Shown here piece after piece: positions 23,136 to 54,217 of a stretch of DNA of 64,000 bases. The translations under genes and the position numbers were made by a program. Position 1 is the stretch's first letter. Each line of letters starts with the position of its first letter. A model generated the notes under the pieces. It searched no databases, was not told the origin of the DNA, and saw only the letters and a program-made list of their open reading frames with translations. Source of the DNA: Octopus vulgaris (taxonomy: Eukaryota); NCBI GenBank assembly GCA_951406725.2, contig OX597840.1, positions 33,418,001 through 33,482,000 on the forward strand. Direction: 5' to 3'.

Positions 23136-23675
23136 CATATGCATATGTATGTATATTTATATACATTATATACACACACGTGTGCACGTATACACATACG
23201 GACCTGTATAACAAAGAGAGACGGAAGGAGAAGGGAGTCTGTCCCGACCCCACTAAACTCTCCCTTGTCCATCCCCTGAACCCCCAACCCGACCTAAAAT
23301 CTCCCCCATACGCCATTTTCCATCTTCCACTTGTTCGACCCTTTTCCCTTAAAGAAAGAAAAAAAGAACAAAAAAAATAACAAAAATCTCAACCCATCGT
23401 ATCTACACCACCACCTCCACCACCCCCGGAACACACACACACACACAAACAAATAAAGATACACTAACACTCACACACACACACTCACACACTCACACAC
23501 ACACACAAACACACACACACACACAAATAAAGATACACTAACACACACACACACAGACACATACACACACAAATAAAGATACACTAACACACACACACAC
23601 ACACACTCACACACACACAAAGAAATGAAAATACACTAACACACTCACACACACGCACACTCACACACACACACA

Positions 23676-23718
<43 letters not shown>

Positions 23719-24171
23719 ACACACACACACACACACGCTCACAAAACTCACACACACACTCACACATACACACACACACACACACACTCACACACACACT
23801 CACACACACATACACACACACGCTCAAACCACACCCAAACAACCACACGCCGCAGTCTACTCTATGCCCACACGCAGAGCCTCAAACACCCTGTCCTCAC
23901 CCCTTTAACGTAACACCCGTATTTGTCCATCCCACCCTTTTTCCACCCATCACTCCTCTCTCTTCAGCACCCCTCCCACCTCGCCCCACCCCTCGTTTTC
24001 TTTCTTCTTAAGATTTTGTTCGTTAATTCTGTTCATTTCTTATTCTCTGCGACTTCGTGCTTCCACCCAGTCGCTATCAATATATGAACGTGTGTGTGTG
24101 TTTATATATATGTATATATGTATATATGTACACATACATACACACATATACATATACACGCACATATATAC

Positions 24172-24210
<39 letters not shown>

Positions 24211-24273
24211 CATATATATATATATACATATACACGCACATAGATACAGTTATATATTTATATATATATATAC

Positions 24274-24326
<53 letters not shown>

Positions 24327-24386
24327 CCTATATATATATCAACACACACACACATAAAAATATATATATATATATATACCTAATAT

Positions 24387-24429
<43 letters not shown>

Positions 24430-24887
24430 CATATATTAGGTATATATATGTATATATCCGATATATATATATATATATATTCATGTGTGTGTGTGTTGAT
24501 ATATATATACGTATATTCATATACATATATATACATATATATATACATATATTGCATATATATGTGTGTGTGTATGCATGTATGTATGTATCCACACACA
24601 CACATCTTGTTCTCAGACGTATTGTCATCATTACCATCATCATCATTATCATCATTGAATTGATGCAGATATTCACCTTCAGCATCATAATAATCTCTAC
24701 TACAACAACGACAACAACCACCACCACAACAACAACAACAGCAGCAGCAACAACACGTAGCAATAAAAACAAAACAGTTACAACAATCCAGGTGGTTGTC
24801 CAGCTGGAAATGGCGGCCGAATCTATATCAACTCATATCTTACCATCTTTATTTAACAAAAGGAAGGGAGACATTGAGTTATGTAAC
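12185..24887 (-). CDS. middle block (14 small exons) of the same putative gene
   Basis: Exons 24844-24887, 24054-24073, 23196-23203, 22643-22673, 22333-22360, 22211-22253, 21261-21313, 21174-21214, 17417-17535, 17148-17174, 15767-15828, 15509-15538, 12372-12387, 12185-12253 join in phase: [196 protein letters not shown], continuing into the 3' block. Exon 12372-12387 has a CACTAAC branch point, CAG acceptor and GTAAGA donor. Confidence 0.45.
12557..12570. promoter_or_regulatory. RFX X-box motif
   Basis: GTTACCATAGCAAC matches GTNRCC-N2-RGYAAC exactly. Function is untested. Confidence 0.4.
12590..14370 (+). repeat. SINE-B-derived higher-order tandem repeat (~485-bp trimer, ~3.7 copies)
   Basis: Anchor CAT(C/T)GGACACAATACTTT at 12607, 13093, 13578, 14059. 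Each unit holds three diverged SINE-B monomers, each with GAGTTCAAAT. Confidence 0.92.
15980..17015. repeat. (TTC)n/(GAA)n compound satellite, ~1 kb
   Basis: TTC runs punctuated by recurring CATTTGC, CATTTC and CATATC. Near-pure (GAA)n also at 27345-27450 and 32640-32753. Confidence 0.95.
17849..18891. repeat. 378-bp near-perfect inverted repeat with 287-bp spacer
   Basis: 17849-18226 is the reverse complement of 18514-18891. The mirrored ORFs 17884..18117(+) and 18623..18856(-) differ at one residue. Confidence 0.95.
18892..19100 (+). mobile_element. SINE family D (tRNA head; V-domain-like TGCGATGGACCTGCGTTCTGTCCAGG)
   Basis: A-box TGGCTTAGTGG, degenerate B-box GGTTTCGATTTC, then TTCTTGAGCAAAACACTTCATTTCAC. 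A related piece lies at ~28075-28130. Confidence 0.7.
19090..19655 (+). repeat. complex minisatellite of 8-9-nt GAAAC(C/T)G(G/C) units
   Basis: Starts at the AGAAACCGGGAAAC 3' part of the adjacent SINE and has higher-order blocks. Confidence 0.9.
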
Positions 24888-25685
24888 CTGATATATGATG
24901 AGATTGCCATCAGCTGTACCGTCATCACCATCATCATCATCATCGACGTCGTCATCATCATCATCATCGTCGTCGTCGTCATCATCATCATCGTCGTCGT
25001 CGTCGTCATCATCATCATCATCGACGTCGTCATCATCATCATAATCGTCGTCGTCATCATCATCATCATCGTCGTCGTCGTCATCATCATCATCGTCGTC
25101 GTCGTCGTCATCATCATCATCATCGTCATCATCATCATCGTCATCATCGTAATCATCACTATCATCATCATCATCATCATCATCGTCATCGTCATCGTCG
25201 TCATCATCATCATCATCATCATCATCATCACCATCGTCATCATCATCATCGTCGTCGTCGTCGTCATCATCGCCACCATCATCATCATCATCATCGTCGT
25301 CAGCATCACCATCACCATCATCAGCATCATCAGAAGTGTTGTCATCATCATTGTGATAAACCTCACCGTCATCATCACCATTACAATTATCATCATTATT
25401 ACAACCGTCACCATCATCATAATAGTAATCACCATGAGTCATCAGCATCAGCATCACCATCACCACCCCCATCTCTTTCTTAACCATCACCATTATTACC
25501 ATGACTATCATCATCACCATCGTCATCATGGTAGCCTCTCCATTAACAAGACAACCACTGCCATTGCCATCGTAAACCTTTATCACATCACCATCACAAC
25601 CATCACCATCATAATCATCACCACCATAATCACCCCATCATAACCATCATCATCATAGCCACCACCATCACCATCATCGTCGTCG

Positions 25686-25724
<39 letters not shown>

Positions 25725-25828
25725 CCACCACCACCATCACAACCATCACCATCATAATCATCACTACCATAATCACCCCATCATAACCATCATCATCATA
25801 GCCACCACCATCACCATCATCGTCGTCG

Positions 25829-25867
<39 letters not shown>

Positions 25868-26479
25868 CCACCACCACCATCACAACCATCACCATCATAA
25901 TCATCACCACCATAATCACCCCATCATAGCCATTATCATCATAACCATCACGATCATAATCATCATCATCATCATCATCATCATAATCATCGTCATCATC
26001 ATCATCATCGTCATCGTCATCGTCATCACAATCATCACCACCATAATCACTCCATCATAACCATCATCATCATAACCATCATCATCTTCATCATCATCAT
26101 CATCATCACCAGCATAATCGTCACCATCTTAATCATCATCACGAGCATCGATATCATAACTATCACCAACTTAGTCATCATCATCATCATCATCATAACT
26201 ATCGCCATATAACCTTACTTCCCCTCTTACTCCTCTCCACCGCTCATTGCCACACAACCCCCACACCCCACACCCTACCTAACACACCACACCCCTTTCT
26301 GCTCCTATCCCCTTGCGCCACTCCACGAATCCCTCCCTCCTTCATCCCACACTGGACCTACCCCCTTCTCTCCCTACCCTAGCACACGTCCAGCCCCAGT
26401 CAACCACACCGGACCCCCGCTTCCTTCCCCTCCACACGCACACACAATACCGGCCCCTACCTCCCCCTCCTGTTTCAAC

Positions 26480-44216
<17,737 letters not shown>

Positions 44217-44454
44217 CTTTTGACAAGGAGAATGGACAGTTCCATTTCTCCCCCTCCACCTCTCCCGTACCAAACACCTACCCCCCTGTTTACACACACA
44301 TACACACACACACACACGCATACACGCAGACACTCACACACACTTTACACGTTCCTCAAACATATATATACACATATATACACCCACGCATTCGAGCAAC
44401 ATCCACTACACAACAACTGCAACAATATAACAGCAACAACAACAACAACTACTA

Positions 44455-44493
<39 letters not shown>

Positions 44494-44496
44494 CAG

Positions 44497-44527
<31 letters not shown>

Positions 44528-44668
44528 GATGCTATACAAACACACATACATATATACATACGCATACACATATACACATAAACATACACACATGTGTAAG
44601 TACATAGTAACTAACATGCATTGTATAACGATAACAACTACTACTACTATTACTACTACTACTACTAT

Positions 44669-44757
<89 letters not shown>

Positions 44758-44882
44758 TAACAAGTCAGCGAACACCTATCCATCCGTCCACCACCCACCC
44801 ACCCACGAACTCCCTCAATCACATTCTTTCTTTTCTCTTCCTTTTCTTTCTTTTTATTTGTATTTTTAAACGCGAATGTCAC

Positions 44883-44936
44883 GCCCACTAAAAGTACTAA
44901 GCCGTGTGCTAAGGACATTGGCAAAAGCGGAGGCAT
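44883..44936 (-). CDS. putative first coding exon (signal peptide MPPLLPMSLAHGLVLLVG)
   Basis: ATG at 44936 and GGC|GTGACA donor. Spliced to 44201-44216 it gives MPPLLPMSLAHGLVLLVGGLSNA, a hydrophobic core ending in a small-residue S-N-A cleavage motif. Confidence 0.4.
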
Positions 44937-44941
44937 GCAAT

Positions 44942-44954
44942 GGTCAGTTTGACC
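44942..44954. promoter_or_regulatory. perfect ERE-type palindrome GGTCAnnnTGACC overlapping a CCAAT box (7 copies)
   Basis: Copies at 44942, 51055, 55915, 57347, 59734, 61123 and 63058 all have intact half-sites; 57347 differs only in the spacer. Confidence 0.55.
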
Positions 44955-45119
44955 AATGAGTGGACACTACTGTTTGACCATCGTAGCGACACCAGATCTA
45001 TACTAAAGCCTAGATACCAATACCAATACTGACTACCAAAATTGTACCAACAACCAAAAGATACTAAGATAGTCTTAGGTACTTTTACCGAAAACTAAGA
45101 AAGAATTTCAGAGTCGAAA

Positions 45120-45650
45120 CACTAAAATTCTTCATCACGAAGAACTCTTCTGCTACAAGAATCAATGAATGGAATACCAATTCGGAACTAACAACACACA
45201 CACATTCCAAACTGTATCAGTAAATACCAATAGTACTTTTTTTAGTACTTTTTTACATAGTAGAAACACAAAATTCTTCATCACTAAGAACTCTTCTGCT
45301 ACAAGAATCAATTGAATGGAATTACCAATTCGGAACTAACAACACACACACATTCCAAACTGTATCAGTAAATACCAATAGTACTTTTTTTAGTACTTTT
45401 TTACATAGTAGAAACACTAAATTCTTCATCACTAAGAACTCTTCTGCTACAAGAATCAATGACCAATTCGGAACTAACAACACACACACATTCCAAACTG
45501 TATCAGTAAATACCAATAGTACTTTTTTTAGTACTTTTTTACATAGTAGAAACACAAAATTCTTCATCACTAAGAACTCTTCTGCTACAAGAATCATCGG
45601 AACTAACAACACACACACATTCCAAACTGTATCAGTAAAATACCAAAATA
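45120..45650. repeat. ~110-130-bp tandem repeat (module B), ~4 copies; mirrored array at 56640-57245
   Basis: Unit AAATTCTTCATCACTAAGAACTCTTCTGCTACAAGAATC...CATTCCAAACTGTATCAGTAAATACCAATAGTACTTTTTTTAGTAC. Confidence 0.92.
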
Positions 45651-46123
45651 GACGGCACCATACCAATACTAACGGCCAAATAATACCAACACCATTACAA
45701 CCACCAACCACACCAAGTCAGGAAATTCTACTACGCCAAGTGCATTCATAAAGTCACAAAGCCATTCATAGTAAAACCAAACTACTTCATACCAACCAAC
45801 AAGGAGCCCGCCAGCCCGCCAGCCCGCCTGCCAGCCCGCCAGCCCGCCCGCCAGCCCGCCAGCCCGCCTGCCAGCTGGATTATTATAATACTATTATTAT
45901 TATTATAAGTACTATGTATAAACTTTTATCTCATTTCCCGTGGCCTTTCCTCCTCTCTGCCCTTCCTTTTTTTCGTGCAAACCGCCTTCCTTCTTGCCCC
46001 CATCATAACACAAACGAACTGTCCTTGTAAACTTATCTGATGCCCTTGTGCCAAATAAAAGGCATCATCATCATCGTCATCGTCATCGTCATCATCGTCA
46101 TTCTAATTGTCATCATCGTCATT

Positions 46124-46184
<61 letters not shown>

Positions 46185-46200
46185 AAGTCGTCGTCATCAA

Positions 46201-46305
<105 letters not shown>

Positions 46306-46427
46306 TATCATGATCATGATCATTATCATCGTCATCGTCATCGTCATCATCAACATCACCATCGTCATCATCATCATCATCATCATCATCATCGTCATCA
46401 TCATCGTCGTCATCATCGTCGTCATCG

Positions 46428-46458
<31 letters not shown>

Positions 46459-47260
46459 CATCCTCGTCGTCTTCGTCGTCGGTGTCATTGTCACCATCGT
46501 CATCATCATCATCATCGTTATTATTGTTCTTCTTATTGTTATACATGTTCCATACCAAACCACACCACGCTACCACAACATACACCACCACGCACACACA
46601 CACACGCACATTCACTCATGCACACATACACACACCAAACAACCCCTGTTCTTACAAAACCACACACCCTTAGCAATCACTCCTCACAAAGCAAACCCCA
46701 CCCCCACACCCATACCACCACCCTACCACTGTACACCCCACCACTCCACCATCAAACCACTCCAACCAGGATACACTACACCGCAGCTCTCACCATCACT
46801 TATCATTGAATAGCATAACCGCCACGCCACGCCACGCCACGCCACGCCGCCATACAATCCACTCCACACTGCTTTTGTACAAGTTACCACCGCCGCCACC
46901 ACCACCACCAACACCACCACTACCACTACCACCACCACCACCACCATCACCATCATCACCACCATCACCACTACCACCTCCACCACCACCGCCACCATCA
47001 CTACCACCACCATCACCACCACTGCCACCACCACCATCATCGCTACAATTGCAACCATCACCACCATCACCACCGCCGCCGCCACCACCACCATCATCGC
47101 TACAATTGCAACCATCACCACCACCACCACCTCCACCATCACTACCACCGCAACCACCACCTCATACACCACCACCACCACCACTACCCTCGCCGTTACC
47201 AACGTCGCAGCGCACCGTGTCGACATCACCGTCACCAGCGCCACCACTGCCGAAACCTAA

Positions 47261-47410
47261 CCAGGCAGAACTAAAACTAAACAGCAGACTAAGCTGGACT
47301 GACGATGACCAGCCACTGACCGCCATACCAAATTGTCAACAGTGACCAAAGAAACAAGACCAAAGCCAGCAGCCTTCAACCAATTCCACCAGCAGCCTGG
47401 CTTTCTCCCC
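47261..47410. repeat. ~150-bp low-copy module C
   Basis: GCAGAACTAAAACTAAACAGCAGACTAAGCTGG...CAGCCTGGCTT also occurs at 51644-51800 (direct) and 55231-55385 (inverted). Confidence 0.92.
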
Positions 47411-47643
47411 CCGCTCTCTCCCTTCATCTCTCCTTTCCTTGTTCTGCTAGCGCCAGGAAGGGATTTTTACATAGTTGTCACTCAACTTGCTAGAAATAGC
47501 AACCGAATATTATAAGTGCAGATTCACAGACACATGGTTCCGAGTTCAGTTCCACCGCGTGGCAACTCGGGTAAGTGACGTCTGTTATATCCTCGGATCG
47601 ACTAAAGCCTTGTGATTGGATTTGGAAAACGGAAACTAGAAGG

Positions 47644-47714
<71 letters not shown>

Positions 47715-48230
47715 ACTAAGCCCTTTTATAATTTATTTTACTAAGCCCTTTTATATAAAATGTAATAATTTGAATTCGCCTTAAATGGTCCCTTTACATA
47801 CTGAATACTTGGTGAAATTGATTAATAATTAATTAATTTTACCCTCAATTGTTGAAATTATATATATATATATATATATATAAATAGGTGAATGAATATT
47901 TATCGTCAGCATAGGAAAATTCGTTTAACCGAAACCTGGGTAGCAAATTCACGTCAGAAACACGGTTGAAGCGACCTGTCCAATGGTATTAGAGATAAAA
48001 CCACTATTAGGCAAATCAAACAGTGATAATCATAAACCAATACATAGAAATAAAATTAATTAATATGATTTTCACTATTTGATTTGCCAAATAGTGGTTT
48101 TATCTCTAATTTAATATATATATTTATACTAGAAAATTAGATTTAATCCTAAATCTAATTTTTCCCTGTAAGTTTGGATTTACTCCCTAATATTATTATT
48201 AGTATTATTATTATTATTATATTATATATA

Positions 48231-48264
<34 letters not shown>

Positions 48265-48671
48265 TCTTTTGTTCTTTTATTCTTTTATGCTTTTATTTGT
48301 TTCAGTCATTTGACTGCGGCCATGCTGGAGCACCGCCTTTAGTCGAGCAAATCGACTCCAGGACTTATTCTTTGTAAGCCTTGCACTTATCCTATCGGTC
48401 TCTCTTGCCGAACCGCTAGATGAGGGAAACGTAAACACACCAACATCGGTTGTAAAGCGATGTTGGGGATGGGGACAAACACAGACACACAAACATATAT
48501 ATATATACATATACATGACGGGCTTCTTTCAGTTTCCGTCTAGCAAATCCATTCACAAGGCTTTGGTCGGCCCGAGGCTATAGTAGAAGACACTTGCTCA
48601 AGGTACCACGCAATGGGCCTGAACTTAGAACCATGTGGTTGGTAAGCAAGCTACTTACCACACAGCTACTC

Positions 48672-48714
<43 letters not shown>

Positions 48715-49424
48715 ATATATATATGTGTGTGTATGTGTGTGTGCGTGTCTTTCTGTCTGTGTAATTCCCCCACCTGTGCTCGACAACCTCTGTTGGTGTG
48801 CTTAACGTAGCAGTTCGGTAAAAGATACCGATAGAATAAGTACCAGGCTTAAAAAAAAAAAAAACAATAACAAAACCTAAGTACTGAGGGGTGGGGCGAT
48901 TCATTCGGTAAAAAAAAATGCGGTGCCCCAGCTTGGCTGCAGACTAACGACCAAAACAGTCAAAAGATAAAGAAAAGAAGATAAACAAATAAATAAATAT
49001 GAGTCAAGATGTTGAAGTTTGGGTGGAGGTAGGGTCAGGGTTATGTGGAGCAAAAAGGGCCATCCCTGCCCCTCGGAAATTGGTAAGGTTGATAAGAGCT
49101 AATGTTCCGTTCTCAAGTAAGATTTCAAGTTAATGACAGCAAGGAAAGCACAGGGCAACCTAGCCTTTATGTGGTCGTTCAAATAGCCAGAAATAGCAGC
49201 CAAATTCACTCAACTAATCGTGCAGCTTGGAAGTAATGGGCAGGTTGGATGGGTAATATGATTTTGAATGTTACAATGTGGAGTGGTCATGGTTGGAGTG
49301 CTTTTGATCATCAGGGAATTGGTTCGTAGTGACGACTATGAGAGATAGTAAACTTGAACGATCGCGCCTTCCCCTCTTTTCGTTAATGTAATCACAGAAT
49401 ATAAAGAAGGTTCACAATAAACGC

Positions 49425-49465
<41 letters not shown>

Positions 49466-49663
49466 GTACATACACAGACACAACCACACACACACAAATA
49501 CACGCACAAACACACACACACAGACACAAACACACGCACACAGGCACACACATACACACAAACACACACACATGTGTACACACGTACATACACACACAAA
49601 CACACACACGCACACACACATATGCACACGTGCACACACATATGCACATACACACACACACAC

Positions 49664-49706
<43 letters not shown>

Positions 49707-50540
49707 ATATATATATGTATATATATATATGTATGTATATGTGTGTGTAAGTATGAATGAGGGTCATTTTTCTTTTTCCGTTTACTGAAACCGTTCAAAA
49801 GGCTTTGGTTGGCTCGGAGTTATTGTAGAAGTCACTTGCTTCCCAAACAGATGGTTTCGGGTTCAGTTCCACTGCGTGGCACCTTGGGCAAGTGTCTTCT
49901 ACTATAGCCTCGGGCCGACCAAAGCCTTGCGAGTGGATTTGGTAGACGGAAACTATATTCTTACGTATATTTCTGTGGTTAGCAAAGATCTGCAGAAATG
50001 GTAGATCACAGCTTCACTGATGAGCTGCAACAACAACGAAATGCGTTCGAAGTTATCACTGTATTACTAAATATCAGAATCACTCCCTTCCTGAATTCGA
50101 GTGGAGTGTACCCGCAATTGAAAATGTACGGCCTTAGCACATTCATTGTGATCTTCTGGTTCTGGTTTAGAACTAGGTTAACAGAACAAATGCCTGTGAG
50201 ATATTCAGCCACTTAGATGTTAATCAAGGAGCAGATAATTCGGTTGAGGTCAATCGACTGAATCCTTGTTATCGAGGGACGGAGATGCATCAAACCACAT
50301 ATCGTACATGCGTGCATACACACACACATACAGAGGAAGGCGTGGCTGTGTGATAAGAAGTTTGCTTCCCATCCACATGGTTCCGGGTTCAGTCCTTGAG
50401 TAAAGAGTCTTCTACTATAGCCTGGGGCAGACCAGACACTTGTTAGTAGATTTGGTAGAAGGAAACTGAAAGAAGCCCGTCGTATATATATATATGTGTG
50501 TATATATATGTATATATATATATATATATATACATACACA

Positions 50541-50620
<80 letters not shown>

Positions 50621-50995
50621 CGTATATGTTTGGGTGTCCGTCTTTGGCCTCCCAACATCATCGCTGTTGGTATGTTTACGTCCCCGTAACTTAGCAATTC
50701 TGCAAAAGTACCCGATAGAATAAGTACTAGGCATACAATGATTAAGTGCTGGGGGTCGATTCATTCGACTGAAAGGCGGTGCTCCAGCATGGCCGCAGTA
50801 CAATGACTGAAAACCAGTACAAGAATAAACACAAACACACATACATACATACATACATACATACATACATACATACACACATACATACATACACACATAC
50901 ATATGTATGCTCACACACAAACAGGTTCTCTTCATTGTGTCTTCCTTTCTTTTTTTTTCTTTCTTTTTATTTGTATTTTTAAACGCGAATGTCAC

Positions 50996-51049
50996 GCCCA
51001 CTAAAAGTACTAAGCCGTGTGCTAAGGACATTGGCAAAAGCGGAGGCAT
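50996..51049 (-). CDS. identical upstream duplicate of the putative first coding exon
   Basis: Same 54 nt and same donor as 44883-44936, inside a duplicated ~200-bp module in the same orientation. Confidence 0.3.
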
Positions 51050-51305
51050 GCAATGGTCAGTTTGACCAATGAGTGGACACTACTGTTTGACCATCGTAGC
51101 GACACCAGATCTATACTAAAGTCTAGATACCAATACCAATCGATACCAATACCAAGATACTAAAAGATTTTAGTACTTCTAGCGAAAACTAAGAAAGAAT
51201 TTCATAGTAACACTAAAATTCTTCATTACGAAGAACCAACTGCTCTGCTACAAGAATAAATGTATGAATGGAATACCAATTCGGAACTAACCACAAACAC
51301 ACACA

Positions 51306-51360
<55 letters not shown>

Positions 51361-51364
51361 TTAT

Positions 51365-51420
<56 letters not shown>

Positions 51421-51833
51421 GTATGTTTGTGTGTCTGTGTTTGTCCTCCAGCCATCATCGCTGTTGGTGTGTTTACGTCACCCGTAACTTAGCAGTTCTG
51501 CAAAAGTACCCGATAGGACAAGTACTAGGCTTACAAGGTTTAAGTGCTGGGGACGACGACGACGACCAGCGCCACCCGCACCCGACCACCACTCCACAGC
51601 GTATTGACCGTACTGACCCACCACCCACCGCCTGACCTAAGCAAGCAGAACTAAAACTAAACAGCAGACTAAGCTGGACTGACTGACGATGACCAGCCAC
51701 TGACCGCCATACCAAATTGTCAACAGTGACCAAAGAAACAAGACCAAAGCCTGCAGCCTTCTTCAACCAATTTCCACCAGCAGCCTGGCTTCTCCCCCCA
51801 CATATACATATATATGCTCACACACAAACAGGT

Positions 51834-51868
<35 letters not shown>

Positions 51869-52893
51869 CTCTCTCTCTCTCTCTCTCTCTCTTTCTAACT
51901 TTCTTTCCTTTGTCTCTTTTCTGTCTCTTCCTTTTCCTGACACTCAAAGCGCACGATATCGATCGAAGGATGGAGATCCACCGTAGTACACACATGCATG
52001 CATACATACACACATATATACACTCATACACACATACATACATACATACATACACGCATACATACATACTCTTTTACCCTTTTACTCTTTTACTTGTTTC
52101 AGTCATTTTACTGTGGCCATGCTAGAGCACCGCCTTTAGTTGAACAAATCGATCCCAGGACTTATTCTTTGTAAGCCTAGTACTTATTCTATCGGTCTCT
52201 TTAACCGAATCGCTAAGTTACGGGGAGATAAAGACACCAACATCGGTTGTCATGCGATGTTGGGGGGACAAACACAGACACACAAACATATACACACAAC
52301 ATATTAATATACATATATACGACGGGCTTCTTTCAGTTTCTGTCTACCAAATCCACTCACAAGGCTTTGGTCGGCCCGAGAGTATAGCAGAAGACACTAG
52401 ACGAAGGGCCCACGCAGTGGGACTGAACCTGGAACCATGTGGTTCGTAAGCAAGCTGCTTACCACACAGCCACTCCTACATACATACATACATATGTACA
52501 TGTACCCATACATACATGCACACACATGCATACACACATACAAACATACAACGTGCAAACATGCATACATACATGCATATATACTTATATGCATGCATAT
52601 ATATACATACATACATACCTACTTACATGCACTACATACATACAAATGCACATACATATACACATACATATGTATGTATCTCTGTACATACATGCACACA
52701 CATAAGCTCAAGATGGCTGTGTGATAAAGAGGTTTGCTTCCATCATTGATAATCAATGATAAGCAGTATCTTCATACTATGTTCTTGTTGATGAAACTTG
52801 TTCTCTGTCTACCTATTTACCCTCTTTGTGATTTTGGTTAATGGAATAACTATAAAAATGAATCTTTTAAATTTAACTAAATTCTATATTTTT

Positions 52894-52984
52894 ATGCACC
52901 TGAAGATTGCTCTACATTTTTAAAACTGATGTAATACTTGCATTGTTCAATTAAATGGAGTCGCATGAAACGATCGTACTGCAT
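52894..52984 (+). ncRNA. hammerhead ribozyme motif (same family as 31625)
   Basis: ATGCAC-CTGAAGA...GAAA-C-GATC-GTA-CTGCAT with palindrome ACGATCGT; one mismatch in stem I. Confidence 0.6.
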
Positions 52985-53115
52985 TAGCTCTGGATATCCT
53001 TGCTGCTTACAATGATTATAATCACCCCATTTTGAATTATATGGATAATACCATACCAAATTCTGGTGCCTTTAACTTAAGCACCATATTCAACTGAATC
53101 TAAATTTTTACTGAA

Positions 53116-53165
<50 letters not shown>

Positions 53166-53627
53166 GGGAAGGTTTACGAAAATAAACAAAAGACGAAGGC
53201 AGGTGGAGTACAAACAAATAATGTATTAGTATGGCGCTCAGGAATAGAAATAAAACAAGTCTTTTACGTTTCGAGCCTATGCTCTTCGACAGAAAGATAC
53301 ACAAAAAAAACAAGGAGAGAAAAAAATTGCGTGTAGGGGCTAACGATCATGAAATGAATGTAAAAAAATAAATAAAGATAATATATGAGAAAATAAAACG
53401 AAAGGCACAGTTTATACGAACAAGTTCAAGGTTTGAAAGTTCAATGTTAAAAATGTATAGACGTCGCAGGAGTGGCTGTGTGGTAAGTAGCATGCTAACC
53501 AACCACATGGTTCCGGGTTCAGTCCCACTGCGTTGTATCTTGGGCAAGTGTCTTCTGCTATAGCCTCGGGCCGACCAATGCCTTGTGAGTGGATCTGGTA
53601 GACGGAAACTGAAAGAAGCCTGTCGTA

Positions 53628-53659
<32 letters not shown>

Positions 53660-54168
53660 AGTGTGTCTGTATATGTTTGTGTGTCTGTGTTTGTCCCCCT
53701 AGCATTGCTTGACAACCGATGCTGGTGTGTTTACGTTCCCGTCACTTAGCGGTTCAGCAAAAAGAGACCGATAGAATAAGTACTGGGCTTACAAAGAATA
53801 AGTCCCGGGGTCGATTTGCTCGACTAAAGGCAGTGCTCCAGCATGGCCGCAGTCAAATGACTGAAACAAGTAAAAGAGTAAAAGAGTCGTGGTATATTTT
53901 AAGGATTTCACATCAATAACAAAGTACATACATAAGAACATACTTACATACAAAGATACATCTATACACATACAAAAAGTCACATATACACCCGGATCTA
54001 TTGTTTCTCATTCGTAAAATGCACCCCCTTCAGTTTTGCTCAGGTTGCTTTCAGTTTTGGTGTATCGATGCTACTCTGAATTTTGATTACGATCAACCAA
54101 TTACTTTATCTCGTAAAGAAAAGAATCTGACACTATTTGGCGTTAAAGTTGGGAAATTTGGGTAATTT

Positions 54169-54217
54169 TAGCCAATCAACAGACATCGTGGCATTAGCAT
54201 CTTGTTACCATGACAAC
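54169..54217. promoter_or_regulatory. CCAAT box plus X-box-like motif
   Basis: TAGCCAATCA followed ~25 bp later by GTTACCATGACAAC (54204-54217). May belong to a DNA-transposon 5' end. Confidence 0.3.

Noticed and set aside
45120-45650. CRISPR-like array
   Set aside because: Whole units repeat with no unique spacers; eukaryotic context and no cas genes.
47895-47915. Additional hammerhead (CTGACGA on minus strand)
   Set aside because: Truncated by (TA)n; no GAAA/NUH half.
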